In this document: one piece after another, positions 1 to 21,300 of the stretch | Numbering within the stretch: position 1 is the first letter of the stretch | Layout of the letters: every line of letters starts with the position of its first letter | Source: Eledone cirrhosa | Lineage: Eukaryota | Length of the DNA stretch: 64,000 nucleotides | Direction: 5' to 3' | NCBI GenBank assembly: GCA_964016885.1 | Contig: OZ024752.1 | Span: 44,702,001-44,766,000, forward strand | Made by a program: the position numbers and the translations under genes | Notes under the pieces: model-generated | What the model was told of the DNA's origin: nothing | Databases searched by the model: none | What the model saw: the letters and a program-made list of their open reading frames with translations, nothing else

Positions 1-402
1 TTTTCCTTATTAAATTGGTGTTTGGAACATAACTTAACTAAGGTTCTTACATATAACTACTACGCAAGGATTTAGAAAAATATAAACACATTAAATTAAA
101 TATCTTTACATCATAGAACACAGTTTCAGGTGGTTTGGTATCAAAATATTTAATGGCATTTCATTTAAAGTTAGAAAAAACATTTAAATGAAGAAGGATG
201 GGAAAAGCATTAGGGGAAGCTGTTAGAAAAAACTGGCGATGGGCTTGTAACCTGTCTCGGGAGGCATGGAATGGACGCACAAAGATTGCATATTACAAGA
301 CCCCAAAAGAGAGTTTAGACTGGAACAAACCTTAATAATTGAGAATTGGAGAAAGTTGCTTCTGACAGGACTTACTGGAAAGAAAGGGTTTTTGAGGATT
401 CT

Positions 403-527
403 GTAGTAGTAGTAGTAGTAGTAGTAGTAGCAGCAGTAGTAATAGCAGTATTAGTAGTAGTAGCAGTAGTAATACTAGTAGTAGTAGCAACATCAGTAGT
501 AGTAGCGGCAGCAGCAGCAGCAGTAGT
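403..527. repeat. (GTA)n/(GCA)n trinucleotide repeat
   Basis: Directly visible; a similar (ACT)n/(ACC)n tract lies at ~50015-50110. Confidence 0.9.
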
Positions 528-691
528 TGACACTGAACTTAGTGCTCCTGTGGGAGCCCCTACACGGACACACTACCGAGGTTGACAGACATAGACAGGT
601 CTCTGGGAGACGCAGGACATGGCGGCGATGATGAGGGACAGAGAACTTGTCCACGGGTCTCGGGAATTTTACCCGCCCTATATATATATAT

Positions 692-742
<51 letters not shown>

Positions 743-951
743 TAACAGATTAAAGTTTAAGCAAAGAATCGCTGCTTTCACCCTTGTCCGACGAACAAAT
801 GAGGACGTTTTTCGTATTCGTCTTATTCGGGAAACCTCTGGTAATGAGGTAATTATATTGTATTGTTTATTATACATTAAATTTTGCTCTGGTACTTACA
901 TAGAGCACTCTTCACTCCTATGATTATCAATTTTCAACGGAAACTTCAATA

Positions 952-992
<41 letters not shown>

Positions 993-1034
993 CAATATAT
1001 AGAGGGGAAAACTATTTCCTTTGAGCTCATTTAA

Positions 1035-1068
<34 letters not shown>

Positions 1069-1071
<3 letters not shown>

Positions 1072-1166
1072 GTGGTCCCCAAAAATGTATACACACTTCA
1101 GCAGCATTCTAATAAATATTGCCTGTACAGGTAATCAATGTGTGCATACATTTTTTGGACACCCTA
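1069..1166. mobile_element. Tc1/mariner-type MITE (~100 bp)
   Basis: Terminal inverted repeats of the CAGGGTGTCC type within (TA)n. Near-identical copy at 46869-46968 and a partial copy at ~26195-26255. Confidence 0.65.
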
Positions 1167-1183
1167 TATATATATATATATAT

Positions 1184-1340
1184 AACGAAGGAATTGTGGT
1201 AAGGAACCAGATGGACCATAACGCACCAGAGTACTCAATACTTAGGGTAGTAGAGTGGGTAATAGGAAAAAGTAAGACCCCGTCTAGAAATAGCCGTCGA
1301 AACGGCTTGAGCTCTGCCGTCGGGGTCATACTTTTTCCTA
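1184..1340. mobile_element. Penelope-like short element (family B), copy 1
   Basis: Embedded in (TA)n. Shares sequence with 46311-46572 and 57050-57150. Contains a hammerhead 3' half: GAAAC-GGC...GCC-GTC-GGGGTC. Confidence 0.5.
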
Positions 1341-1360
1341 TATATATATATATATATACA

Positions 1361-3102
1361 TACACTTCTTTTCAAATTATTATCGACGTAACATTTTTTA
1401 AAAATTGTATTTAAAGACTACTTGTTGAAATTCAACGAAATTTTCACAGCAACAGTTATATCGTTATGGTGTGTAAAAAACATGAGGTTCTGTAAAACAC
1501 GGAAGAAACTATGGCTATTTACTAAATTTACGTAAACTTTCACTGTTTGAAATTATTAACAAGGTGTAATTAAAAGTTATGTAAATAAGAAAGTATCAAA
1601 ATTAAAAACTGATAGATTAGCTTGTTAGTAAGGGATATATGAGGTTAGTAGGAGATATATGAGCTGGTTAGTACAGGTTAGTAGGGGATATATGAGGTTA
1701 GTAGGAGATATATGAGCTGGTTAGTAGGGGATATATGAGGTTAGTAGGAGATATATGAGCTGGTTAGTAGGGGATATATGAGCTGGTTAGTAGGAGACAT
1801 ATGAGGTTAGTAGGAGATATATGAGCTGGTTAGTATGAGATATATGAGCTGGTTCGTAGGAGATATATGAGCTGGTTAGTAGGGGATATATGAGGTTAGT
1901 AGGAGATATATGAGCTGGTTAGTAGGAGATATATGAGGTTAGTAGGAGATATATGAGCTGGTTAGTAGGGGATATATGAGCCTTTGTTTGAAATATGTAG
2001 GAAAAGGCGCCGGTCCACGGAACATGTTAATTTCTGGATCTTCTCTTATGTTATACCACGGGGTACATCCTCTATTGCCTGCCATAGTTCATCCTTGATC
2101 CTATATTAACATCCCTTCTTGTAAACTCGTCACTTTAGAATACTTCACGGGTTTTCTATAAGGTTTAAGTCAGGGGAACAGACAGACCACTTCATCTTCC
2201 GAGGTCCACATTAGCCTCATTATTGCAGATACTCTGTAGTTTTCTTCGCTGAATGCGAGGGCGCATTATCTTGCATGAATATTATGGCTAATCAAGGTTC
2301 AAGGTGTTCCCTCAGAAAGGCTATGTAAGCATCTGCAGTCATTTTAACACCGTCAAGGCGGACCAACCATAAAACCTCCTCCTCTTTGATGACGATTTTG
2401 TTTATTTAAACACCATCAGGGCCATTAAGAGTAGCATAAGTTTAATCCATAAACCAAACTTCTGAAAAGTCTACCTTCATGTTATCTTCTGCCTATTTTA
2501 GACGATTTTGTTTAAAGGGGGCCTTTTAACTGATGTCAATGGTTTACAGCTCCACGCTTAATTCGTGAGAGAGAAAGTTAAGAAATGGCCCTCGTCTCAT
2601 CTCTTAAGTATTTTCGTAGGAGTTGTAACACATTTTTTCACAGTTTAATTATATCTTCTAATTACACGGTTTAGACATATTTGTCCTTCTGAACGAATTG
2701 CGAGCAATCTTTGGTGTTATTCACGTATGCGTTATGTTATTTATATATTTAAAACATATTTACAACGTTATTCTACTGTAAATTTATACAACTGTAATAA
2801 AAAGTTTTCAATGTTATTTTAGATATTTCTAATGTTGACTTACCTTTTGCAAGTTCACAATCAAGTTACATTTACGACCCATAATTACACAATTATCAGA
2901 CCACTTGTTGATAATTTGGAACACTGAACGTTCGTGTAAATCACGCAAATGGCCGCGGTTTCTGGAGACTTGCGTGAAACCTCACGATTTTTACACCACG
3001 TGAATATAACTGTTGACATTATGTGGACATTTCGTTGGATATCAAGTAGTTTTTAAATAAAATAAACACGTTTCACATTGTTAATAATTTGAAACGGTAT
3101 GT
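1361..3102 (-). mobile_element. Degenerate Tc1-type (DD34E-like) DNA transposon with long imperfect TIRs
   Basis: The ends ~1361-1495 and ~2970-3102 are diverged inverted repeats. Minus-strand transposase remnants in 2180-2500 read MKVDFSEVWFMD*TYATLNGPDG, RHQRGGGFM, GVKMTADAYIAFLREHLEP and FMQDNAPSHSAKKTTEYL, with stops and deletions. Confidence 0.75.
1620..1981. repeat. 19/23-bp alternating minisatellite inside the Tc1 relic
   Basis: Unit gag(ctg)gttagtagg(a/g)gatatat. Confidence 0.9.
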
Positions 3103-3120
3103 ATATATGTATATGTTTAA

Positions 3121-3360
3121 TATAGAAATGGCTTCTACAGGACTAGAACTGTTTCATTCGAAGGAAATCATCGTTTTATTTTGTGATGGTTAGGTGCTAA
3201 AAGATATGTGTATCCCAGGTTCAATCGGGGCTTTCCTGATGATTTCCTTCGAATGAAACAGTTCTAGTCCTGTAGAAGCCATTTCTATATCACACATTTA
3301 TACTCTTGCTATGTATTGAGTACCTTACTTACTGTGGTTACCCCCGATTGAACCCGGAAT
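3121..3360. mobile_element. Penelope-like non-autonomous element (family A) with an inverted partial terminal repeat; related fragments at ~40538-40657 and ~63563-63640
   Basis: 3121-3172 is the reverse complement of ~3238-3289, and 3214-3230 is inverted relative to 3342-3357. Flanked by (TA/CA)n and carries a hammerhead core. Confidence 0.55.
3229..3280 (+). ncRNA. Type I hammerhead ribozyme motif inside a Penelope-like short element
   Basis: Stem I GGCT(T)TC/GAAGCC; core CTGATGA (3236-3242); stem II ttc-cttc-gaa with a T.T at its base; GAAA (3255-3258); stem III CAG/CTG with loop ttctagtc; cleavage triplet GTA (predicted cut after 3274). Confidence 0.6.
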
Positions 3361-3730
3361 ACATACACACATATGTATATATATATATATACCCATGCTA
3401 ACGTGGTAAATTGACATTAAACGACGAGACTGATACATATATATATATTTGTATGTATAATTTCTGTACCTACATGGAAACTTGCACAAAATGTGTGAAG
3501 CACTCAATATCATTTTGTTTTCTGTATTTTTTTTTTAAGGTTTGTTAATGGCATTTAAACTGGCCAGAATTCTCTCACCTTTTTCTGTTCAAACCAGCCA
3601 TATCTGGCCAGTCATACTGATGTTAAGGTATTGTTCTCAAAATCTCATAGATTTGATATGTGAAATAAAATGTATGCCGTAACTCAATGCCATGAAGCAT
3701 GTTGCCCGATGCTCTAGTGATACTGCCAAA

Positions 3731-3898
3731 AATAATTGTTTCTACTTTCGACACAAGGCCAGCAATTACTGGTACTTTATTTTATCGACCCCCGTAAGGA
3801 TGAAAGGCCAAGTTAACCTCGGGATTTGAACTCAGACCGTAAAGAGACGTAACTATGCTGTAAAACATGGCGTCCGACTCTCTACCGATACTGCTAAT
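3731..3898 (-). mobile_element. tRNA-derived SINE, same family as 35305-35500
   Basis: Reverse-complement match to the head, core and tail. Confidence 0.8.
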
Positions 3899-5160
3899 AA
3901 TAATGAACTAGAGGAATAAGAAAGAATAGTTAATAGCAATGTAAAACATTAGCTATAGTTTATGGAAATATACAGATGTGATCTGTTGGAACTTGCAATA
4001 GAAAATAGAATCAGTTTGATTCTGGCTGATTAATAACAACTAAAGTTTATCATTAGATTAGATGAGAGAGAGAGAGAGATTATAGAACCAGCAAGACTTT
4101 ATAGAGAGAGACATTACAGTATGCCTTTATATTTATATATATATATACAGAGAGAGAGATTACAGCACCACCAAAGCAGCAAGACTTTACAGAGAGAGAG
4201 AGCAAATGTAAAAGGACAAAGATGAAATTAAAAAAAACAACAAAAAGCTCTGCCCTGGCCTATTTCCTAACATAAAGGATGTTTACTGAGAGGAATGTAG
4301 GAGAGAAGTTTTTCATGTTTATCAGTAGATAAATCTGAAACCTCTATTTTTCCCTCTCAACTAAATACAACAGTCCCACCTCCAAAACAATGAACTTATT
4401 GAAGTCATATCTAGTACTTCCTGTTGTTACACTAATGTACTTTCATCCAGTTCATTTGACTTACATCAGTCAATGTAATTTGCTACTAATACTAGCAACA
4501 ATAAAAACTTAACCCTTTCATCATCACATTTCCAATGAAATACACACTACGTTAATCACTATACCCCCCCCCCCCCCCCACCCGTGTCAAAAATCTACCA
4601 TGTGTCCTTGGAAGTTTTTTTTTTTTTTTTTGGTACTCTGGTGATTATAGCTGGGGAGGGGAATCTGGATTCCCTGCACTTCAAATTCATGGGTGGAGTG
4701 GTGAACCTGACTAGCATGGGTGCTGGGTTTGTTTGGGGAGGGAAGGGGTGAGAGTGGCTGTAAGGAGTGATAGTTGGAGGAGAGGCACATGAATGTATCA
4801 GGTTACATTTTATGCTGGTAGTTGGCCCTCACCAGTACAGCAGGTCACCATTCTCCAGTTCTTTGTCTACCTAGGTCTCACTTATCCATGAATCCCACCC
4901 ACAGATTTCTCCTCACTTCTTCACAGAACTGTCATCTTCATTATACCTCACATGTCTCCAACATCCTAACCACCCTCTCTTCTTTAATATAGTCTTCATC
5001 TGCCAGAAATCGTTCTATACGAGTGAGACACGGTCACCCGACCAAACCTGTCTGACCCATGCTAGCGTGGAAGATGGACATTAAACAATGATGATGATGA
5101 TGATCTGCCAACACACAATTATTTAAAAAATAAAAGAAACCAGGATGAGAGTTGAATAAG

Positions 5161-5166
5161 TTTATT
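5161..5166 (-). terminator. Putative polyadenylation signal (AATAAA) of CCT4
   Basis: TTTATT on the plus strand, about 160 nt downstream of the CCT4 stop codon. Confidence 0.55.
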
Positions 5167-5326
5167 TAGAATGAGACACAAATAATTGTAAATGCAAATA
5201 TCTTAAATGTATGCCAACAAAAAAAACAAAAAAAAAAAAAACAGAATATCCACTTGATAGAATGACAATAGCAATGGTTGTAAGCTGTTCCAGTAATACT
5301 GCAGATCACTTGTGGAATTGATATTT

Positions 5327-14956
<9,630 letters not shown>

Positions 14957-15303
14957 TTTGATAGAGTTTAAATTAGGAAACTACAGACCGGTAAACTATA
15001 TCTTAGAAGAGACTGAAGCTTCTAGATGAATTATAATTATCGTTCTTGAATCACACCCCGAACTCTCGTCCTAGTCACGTTCATGTGAGATAATCACTTT
15101 TATTTTAATTAATTTTTATTTATATATTATACACATATTATATATACATATATATTTAAACATATATATATTCCAGATAATAATATAATAAAATTCGTTA
15201 AAATAATTACTTATTAATTTCTTTCACTAAAATTTGTGACGTCACTACCCGCCAGCTTTCTGGCGGTAAACTTCAGTTGTTTAATCTCAGACAGACTTTC
15301 GTC
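14957..15303. promoter_or_regulatory. Bidirectional promoter/5'UTR region shared by CCT4 and DTL
   Basis: Only 347 bp separate the divergent ATGs. Contains an HSE-like GAAgcTTCtaGAT (15015-15027), the CRE palindrome GTGACGTCAC (15236-15245) and an inverted pair of E2F-like sites CCGCCAG/CTGGCGG (15249-15266). Confidence 0.75.
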
Positions 15304-18300
15304 ATGTTTAATACTCTTGTTAATATCAATCTTGGATGGAGAAAATTTAGTGAGTAAATGCATATAATTTGAATATAATTAATATTTATGAATCTGAAAG
15401 TATATTGTCAGAATACATTTTTCTTTCTTATTTTGCAGTTTTTTTAAAAATTATATTTAAAAAAAAGTTTTATTTAAAGTCTGGGAACTGCATTATTTCA
15501 CATGTGCACAACAAGGGCCACGTATTTTAGAGGAGAAATTGATTTCATATTTATTTTATCGAATCTTAATGATGTCAGTTATTTTTATTCAACTTACCAA
15601 TTTAGGAGAAAATGTCCCCTCGTGTAATCCTTGCAGCGACGGTTCGAATTCTTTGCAGAGATTTGTTTTTCCAATTTAAATTCTAATATACTAAATCTAC
15701 TGTAACCGTTGTTACTAACAATATTTTGTAGTTTCTTTTTATATTTACCAATGAGAATGATGCTAATGTGTTGTTTAGCCCTTGGTCAGTGTAACATCCC
15801 AGCAAACCTATGATCAAAGGTTTTCCAGTTGTGGCCATCCCGTCTGATTCTCAGACATAGCGTATCTACGACTGAATATTATCCCTCGTTAGCTGGAGTA
15901 GAGGCTGTCTTGTTAACCCTATGATCGATATCGAAGTTACTATTGATTGATCTGCTCCAGTGTGTATGTTAGTGTGTGTAATATACATATGTGTATGTGT
16001 ATATATTTGTTTTGTTGTTTACCAATGGGTAGAACTGGTCATTCCGGTTAGTAAATCAGGATGTAAAAAATTAAAGCACTCGACGTTATGTGGTATCCCA
16101 TGGCTGGTGCAGGGTCAGTTATTTTGTCTCAGTTTGATGCTTAGAAACGTCTAATATTAATAACAAGTTTTGCTGGCCTTGTGCCTAAAGTAGAAACAAT
16201 TAATAACAAGTTTTAAATGTAACTTCCTTCTCGTCTTTGTTGTTTTACAGCACTTTGCCCTACACCTAAACTACCTCTTGTTAATGTATTAAGAAATCTA
16301 AAATGTTCCAGGTTGGATGTTTATGGCCAAGATTCTCAGGTAACTTTAAATGTTTTTATCATCATCATCAGCTTAATAATACCACACAAATATTTCCCTG
16401 TATATCTGGGGCCCTAAACTAAGTCTTAACCTAAGGTTACCTTGTACCAAATATATCAAATACTCTTTGTCGTACATATGTACCACCAGCCTCCTTATAT
16501 ACAGTAATTTCAAGGTGTTTTTCTGTTACAGATAGCTGCTGTCCCCCCCTTGGCCTGTAATTTCAGTAAAGGTACAGTATTTTCACACATATCTGCTTAT
16601 ATCTCCATATAAATACACACCTGTGGTGGTGGTCACCCCTTCTTCCAGACCCTGGCTATATCTGTGGTGGTGGTCACCCCTTCTTCCAGACCCTGGCTAT
16701 ATCTGTGGTGGTGGTCACCCCTTCTTCCAGACCCTGGCTATATCTGTGGTGGTGGTCACCTCTTCCTCCAGACCCTGGCTATATCTGTGGTAGTGGTCAC
16801 CCCTTCCTCCAGACCCTGGCTATATCTGTGGTAGTGGTCACCCCTTCCTCCAGACCCTGGCTATATCTGTGGTGGTGGTCACCCCTTCCTCCAGACCCTG
16901 GCTATATCTGTGGTGGTGGTCACCCCTTCCTCCAGACCCTGGCTATATCTGTGGTGGTGGTCACCCCTTCCTCCAGACCCTGGCTATATCTGTGGTGGAG
17001 GTCACCCCTTCCTCCAGACCCTGGCTATATCTGTGGTGGAGGTCACCCCTTCCTCCAGACCCTGGCTATATCTGTGGTGGTGGTCACCCCTTCCTCCAGA
17101 CCCTGGCTATATCTGTGGTGGAGGTCACCCCTTCCTCCAGACCCTGGCTATATCTGTGGTGGAGGTCACCCCTTCCTCCAGACCCTGGCTATATCTGTGG
17201 TGGTGGTCACCCCTTCCTCCAGACCCTGGCTATATCTGTGGTGGTGGTCACCCCTTCCTCCAGACCCTGGCTATATCTGTGGTGGAGGTCACCCCTTCCT
17301 CCAGACCCTGGCTATATCTGTGGTGGAGGTCACCCCTTCCTCCAGACCCTGGCTATATCTGTGGTGGAGGTCACCCCTTCCTCCAGACCCTGGCTATATC
17401 TGTGGTGGTGGTCACCCCTTGCTCCAGACCCTGGCTATATCTGTGGTGGAGGTCACCCCTTCCTCCAGACCCTGGCTATATCTGGTGGAGGTCACCCCTT
17501 CCTCCAGACCCTGGCTATATCTGTGGTGGAGGTCACCCCTTCCTCCAGACCCTGGCTATATCTGTGGTGGTGGTCACTGTGTTTAGATATCACACCAGAC
17601 ATCCTTATTTAACAATCAACAGCCATCATCACTAATCAAGCAAACTTATATTCAAAAGACATTGAGATGGTGGAATGTGGTTTAGAGATAGTTTGCTGTT
17701 ATTGCTGAAGCTATTATTTAGAGATTAAATTTGTAATTTATTTCTCTAAAACAAAACAATAATAAAATTATTATTTTTTACTGTTCTCAATCTAAAAAAT
17801 TGTTTCTTTTTTTTTTAGTAAAATCCACTCCTAATATACTTGGTCTTTCGGATGAAAATGGTTGTGTTATTTTATTTGACACAAATAAATATGGTGAAGA
17901 AGCTGTTTTAAAATGTAAGTATTTAATTATCTATTTATTTCTGCCAATAGTTAAGTTGTCCATCCGTCTTTACACAACCTCCGAAGCTGTCTATCCATCG
18001 TCAGTGGTCTCAGCTCACATACACTCAACACTTTGCTATCTTCCAGGAGGCTGTCCTTCTACCCCTGTGTGTGTGAGTTATCCATTTGATGGTTCCCACA
18101 AAAGAACATCACTTGCTCTCTCTTCCTGGTGACAAACGCACAAACTTACAAGTTTTTATCTTTTCCATTACTAATGGAAGCTACAGATGTAAATCTCCCC
18201 TGGTCAGTGATTCCATGAAACATTAAGTAATGATGATGAAGTACCATGCACAACATTCTTGTCTAGCAGCCATCAATTCTGTTTTCTAGTTCCCTTCTTA

Positions 18301-21300
18301 TGCTCCCTCCATACTTCTAATCTAGACAAGAGAACATTTATATACCATAGAAACTATGTTTCATTATATTGGATTGGCAGTATCGGTAGAGGGTCGGACG
18401 CCATGCTAGGGCGGTGGATTGGCAGTATCAGTAGAGGGTCGGACGCCATGCTTTGCAGCAAAGAGTCACGGCCTTTTATGATCTGAGTTCAAATCCCGTC
18501 GAGGTTAACTTTGCCTTTCATCCTTACGGGGTCGATAAAATAAAGTACCAGTAATACACTGGGTAATTGCTGGCCTTGTGCCAAAATTAGAAACAATTAT
18601 TTAACGAAGTAATTGTGACAATTAACCGTGCAGTTTTGATAGTTTCAATTGATGTAAATCTACCATTTATTTCTTCTTTCCAGATTGGACAGCTCACAGT
18701 AATGCCATATTTGATTTGGCATGGATGGAAAATGAACACAAAATGCTTACTGCTTCTGGTGACCAAACTGTTGTCTTATGGGATGCTCTCGGCCAGCAAA
18801 AAATACAGACATTTAAAGGACATAGTCGCAGTGTTAAATCTGTGTGTTTCAGTCCATCTAACAATTGTAATTTAACATTTTAAAATCTATTAACAAAACA
18901 CTAAATATCACAGATAATCTTACTAAATTTCTGCATCAGTTCTATTTCATTCTCTATTTACTCATAGCATAATGTTATTTTAACAAAATTATATATATAT
19001 ATATATATAGTCCCTAAATATAATTACTTTTTTATTTTTTTATTCCTCTAGCTATTTTCTGCTCTGGTTCAAGGGACGGTCAAATTCTAATCTATGACAC
19101 GAGGGTCTACTCCAAAGGTAAGTAAGTCACTACAGGCTTTGTAATGCTAAGGGAGCATATGGCATCTTACATGCAGTTATATATATACACATACATACAT
19201 CATCATCATTTTACATCCACTTTTCCCTGCTTGCAAGGGTGGGATGGGTCCTATTCAGCACAGCATATCTCCTCTGTGAGTTTCAGCCATCTGAGGTCTG
19301 CTCTCACCACCTGCACCCATGTTTTTCGTGGTCTTCCTCTACTGGCATTTCTTAGCACTTCTTTACCCAGCGGTCATCCTCCATGTGCATACCACCGCAG
19401 TCATATATACACACACACACATATATATATATATTGTTGAAATTTTGTAATAAATTTGATTGGGAAAGATTTCATATTAGTTCATTACATATCTTTGTTC
19501 TTCAGATGGTTACATGAAAAGTGTAAATGCTATAAAGAATGCCCATTCCATAGGACCTGAGATGTCCATTAGAAGAAACTACAGGAATAAAAGCAATGTA
19601 AGAAATATTCTTTATTGTATTTGTTTTAAATTGGATCATCATTACCGTCTTCATCAGATTGATAACTCACATCACTCTTTATGTCATGATTGAATAATGA
19701 TAAAGACAGGTTATGTATCTTATATCTAGATATCATATCACAGCTAATGTATCTTATATCTAGATATCATATCACAGCTAATGTATCTTATATCTAGATA
19801 TCATATCACAGCTAATGTATCTTATATCTAGATATCATATCACAGCTAATGTATCTTATATCTAGATATCATATCACAGCTAATGTATCTTATATCTAGA
19901 TATCATATCACAGCTAATGTATCTTATATCTAGATATCATATCACAGCTAATGTATCTTATATCTAGATATCATATCACAGCTAATGTATCTTATATCTA
20001 GATATCATATCACAGCTAATGTATCTTATATCTAGATATCATATCACAGCTAATGTATCTTATATCTAGATATCATATCACAGCTAATGTATCTTATATC
20101 TAGATATCATATCACAGCTAATGTATCTTATATTGTGGTTCACTTATAAAGTATTTTATTTTGCATTTCAGGATAACAGACAACAGAGCGTCACAGCTGT
20201 CCTCTTCCAGACCGACAACTTACTTGCCTCAGCTGGAGCAGTTAACAGGTTAGTTTTTCATCTTTACCATATCTGCTAATGTTTTAAGTACCACTTACTG
20301 TTATGATAATTACCACACCAAATACAGGCAATAACAACCCATAATGTTAAGTATGACCTCATATAAAAATAAAATGGCAGCCTGAAATTTCTTCTAAAGA
20401 TGTCGATATAAAGTCTTTCTTCTGAAGACATTCATATAAAGTCTTTCCTCTAAAGACGTCCATCCTTTCTCTCTTCAGCACTGTTAAGATGTGGGATTTA
20501 CGGAAGTGCAACAGTTTAAACCAAGATCCTGTTCCAGCATCTATGTTTATGTGCAGTAAAAATGCAATGAGGAACTTTGGTTTGTAAACATTTCTATATA
20601 TTCATATATGAGAGTTTCCTCTTTGTAGGAAAATCCTAAAAATTATTTTAGTTAATCTAACTTTCCAGGGTTTTATGTTGAATGGAAGTAATACATACAA
20701 AATGTAATTGCTTTTTCTTTGCACCTGTTTGTGTTTATAGGAGAGTTCATACCTCTCTTCCTCACTTTTAGGACAAAAGTCTGAAACATTAGAATCTTCA
20801 TTCCTTATAGTATTTCTAAAACAAATCTATATAAATATAATGAAAGACTGATTTATTACTAATTAAACAGATAAACATAGTCTCTACTTCATTACTATGT
20901 CCATAATTATATTTTTAGGAATCACCAGCCTTGCCCTCGATCCCAGCCTTAGCCGTTTGTTTGCAACATGTAAAGATCACTCTGTATATATGTATGATTC
21001 CGCCACTTATGCTCGTGAACCTGGTAAGTTATTTTATTATTGATTAATTTTGTCTGGTTGTAACACATCTTCGTCCTCCTATGTAATCATCAGATTTTCC
21101 AGGCTTGCATGGATTGAACGGGCCCTTCTCAGCTCGTCATCTCTCCACTTGTGTTCTTTCGTCATCTACTCTGCCAGTCTTAGTAATTTGAGGTCGGCTC
21201 TCACAACCTCTGCCCAGGTCATTCTTGGTCGTCCTCTACTGCAGCTTCCTTCACCCCTCGGTCATTGACCATGCACATAACATGTTCTTACCAACACACA

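Noticed and set aside
346-585. Poly-Val/Ala 79-aa ORF resembling a membrane peptide
   Set aside because: A LINE 3' remnant running into a (GTA)n/(GCA)n microsatellite.
16705-17635. Three long overlapping plus-strand ORFs (241-293 aa)
   Set aside because: They are translations of a stop-free 41-bp minisatellite inside a DTL intron.
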